Source of the DNA: Dudresnaya verticillata
Taxonomy: Eukaryota
Length of the DNA stretch: 64,000 bases
Direction: 5' to 3'
Assembly (NCBI GenBank): GCA_977862235.1
Contig: OZ374558.1
Location: 496,001 to 560,000 of the forward strand
The position numbers and the translations under genes were made by a program. Shown here piece by piece: positions 62,096 to 64,000 of the stretch. Position 1 is the stretch's first letter. Every line of letters begins with the position of its first letter. The notes beneath the pieces were generated by a model that saw only the letters and a program-made list of their open reading frames with translations, ran no database searches and had not been told where the DNA came from.

Positions 62096-62606
62096 CTACG
62101 CCGCGTTTCGTGTGAAATTGGACTGTCGGGAAAGTTTACTAAGCACTCAGCCCGTATCGGTGGCGCACTGCATGAATTCGGCAATGGCGTCGGAGACGCC
62201 TCTCGGCAGAACTAATTGCCACAACCAGGCGGTGGCTCTCACTTAAAAGTCCGCCACGATAGTAATCTATCTTCGTTACGGACGCGTCAAGCTGGTGACG
62301 ACGTCACTTCCTCAAAACACGCAGAAGAATAATGAGAGGTACGAGAACTGCTTTCACACGCGTGCTCAAAAGTGCTCGGCATACGTTCGCTTCGCAGAGA
62401 TTTTTCGTAGCGGGTTGGGTCGCAGAAAGTCAAAACTGCGGTAGTTCCTCAAGGGGAGGGCTCGTACCTGAACCTGTTTAAGGATGGTTTCCTGGAGGAC
62501 TCGTACAATGTTTGTGAAAGCACAGTTCTATACCCCAACGCGCATATAATCTACTAAATGAAATTCTCTACTTCACAACGTCACCGCTCTGGACGACTAA
62601 TGACTG

Positions 62607-63133
62607 CTAAGGATAAATTTTTATATCCGCACTGTTCAATTCGGATCTATTGGCTTCCAGTAGCGTCTTGGCGTCAATGCGGAGATGCCGAAGAATCGGA
62701 TAGCCAATGAGTAGGTCTTCATAAGCTAAGTTGGTATCTGCCACGAGGAACTTGGTGTTCTTCAGGGCCAACCTTACGGAGGTCAGGTGAAGTACAGTCC
62801 AGGATGAGGTCCATGTGTGTGAGAAGGTGAAAGCCGGCGCTTGGTTGCCTTCTTTGAGTGACACGCTCAACCGAACAGTCGGAGCTTGGCATATCTTCCG
62901 ATGGCTCGGATTACCGCTTTTTGGCAACATTCGGAGAAGCGCTGCTCTCGTCGCTGCCATCGTCGCAGCCGCCAGTAACTTGAAGCGATTTCCGTTTCCG
63001 AAAGTGAAATAGTGCAAAAAGGTGCCTCAAGTTTTGTGGTTGCTCCTGTCTTCGGATTTGCAACCCGTCTGTCAGTACCACTGGTAGAATCGGAAACATC
63101 TGCACTCTTGTCTGCAGCAAGAATCCAGTGCAC
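62607..63133 (-). pseudogene. Retropepsin-like protease remnant of another LTR retrotransposon
   Basis: CDDGSDESSAS and FLVAD..DLLIGYPILRHL motifs, in different frames. Confidence 0.5.
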
Positions 63134-64000
63134 TGCGTGCGAATGTCGTTGCTATGTCGGATCTTGCGCGGATGCGGGTTGAACCTTTGAAGCTACACTT
63201 CCTCGTCCGATAAATACTCGGCAAGCGGTAGTGATTACTGTGACTTTATTCAAGGAACCGATGTGTCGGTTTTGAAAGTTGGGGACGCTCTCCGCCCTCG
63301 GCTCGGGTATAAGAGAAGTGTTAGCTAATTGACTTAGTGCCTAGGCAACTACTGTGTAGAAGTCGCAATTGTCTACCGAAGTCGTCGGATGAAATACTGT
63401 AAAGGAGGGGAGATGTCGCAGATGGTGGTAAATATCACATCTCTCTGAAGTGGACAGAAATCGGCTCAAAGGAGCCATACCTGTGTATGTGCATCTCCAT
63501 GAGTAGGTACATGGAGGCCCCCTATTCTCTGAAAGACGATTGGGTGCTTGCCGATCAATCGATTATAATAACATTTGAAGTACATAGTTATGTTGGGTAT
63601 AGTTCTTTACTACTGATAGATATCGAAGTGACATCCCATTCTATTAGCCTATTTATTTTATACTGCTTTTTACTTCTAACCTTCATGACATGGGGTTAAA
63701 TAAGCAAAACTCTCCCTTTGGTTCCATAAATATTTTTAAAGCTTGATCAAAGCCGTTATTATTGCCAAGCTTAGTGCGCTTGTATTCGGGTAGGTTGAGA
63801 TACAATAATGGTTATGGCATTAAATGCTAGACACGAATTAGCCAAGGAACACTTTAAACAAGCACAGTTGGCACCAATTCAGGTAGCTGGAGAGATTTAG
63901 CACTGCTTAGTTAGTTACAGTATTGCAAATCTAGAGAGGTCTGAACATAATTGTACGTTAAAGAAGACTAGAGTAAGGGCTATAATGGATCAGCTGTCGT

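Noticed and set aside
63300..64000. AT-richer terminal segment as a host gene
   Set aside because: Only a 70-aa ORF with no recognisable features.

Overview
This 64-kb window is almost entirely a nested pile of eukaryotic transposable elements. I could support no host gene, RNA gene or CRISPR array. The family mix suggests a red-algal genome, but that is inference. Outermost is a DIRS-type (RT/RNase H/tyrosine recombinase) remnant at 11338-14949. It is interrupted by two solo LTRs, an LTR fragment hosting chromodomain-Gypsy A (<1-11027), and Copia E (14950-32076). Copia E hosts GalEa-like Copia D (15774-20360), a four-unit head-to-tail Helitron array (20713-28981) and Gypsy LTR F. F is interrupted by gag/pol-less LTR element B (33142-61665). 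B's 3' LTR holds chromodomain-Gypsy C (38186-61259, TSD CACAA), whose RT holds Gypsy I (46048-55974). All large ORFs carry stops or frameshifts. Main observations: (1) A, B and C each carry a large antisense ORF next to the 3' LTR; by eye these share a Trp/Tyr-rich domain I do not recognise, followed by a low-complexity tail, and B keeps only this gene; (2) every Helitron unit ends in hairpin+CTTGT and starts right after CTTGT, including at the host target site; (3) A, B, C and I share one 18-nt PBS that is tRNA-Tyr-like; (4) A and I share a G_GAA_AAC -1 frameshift site. All alignments were done by eye.
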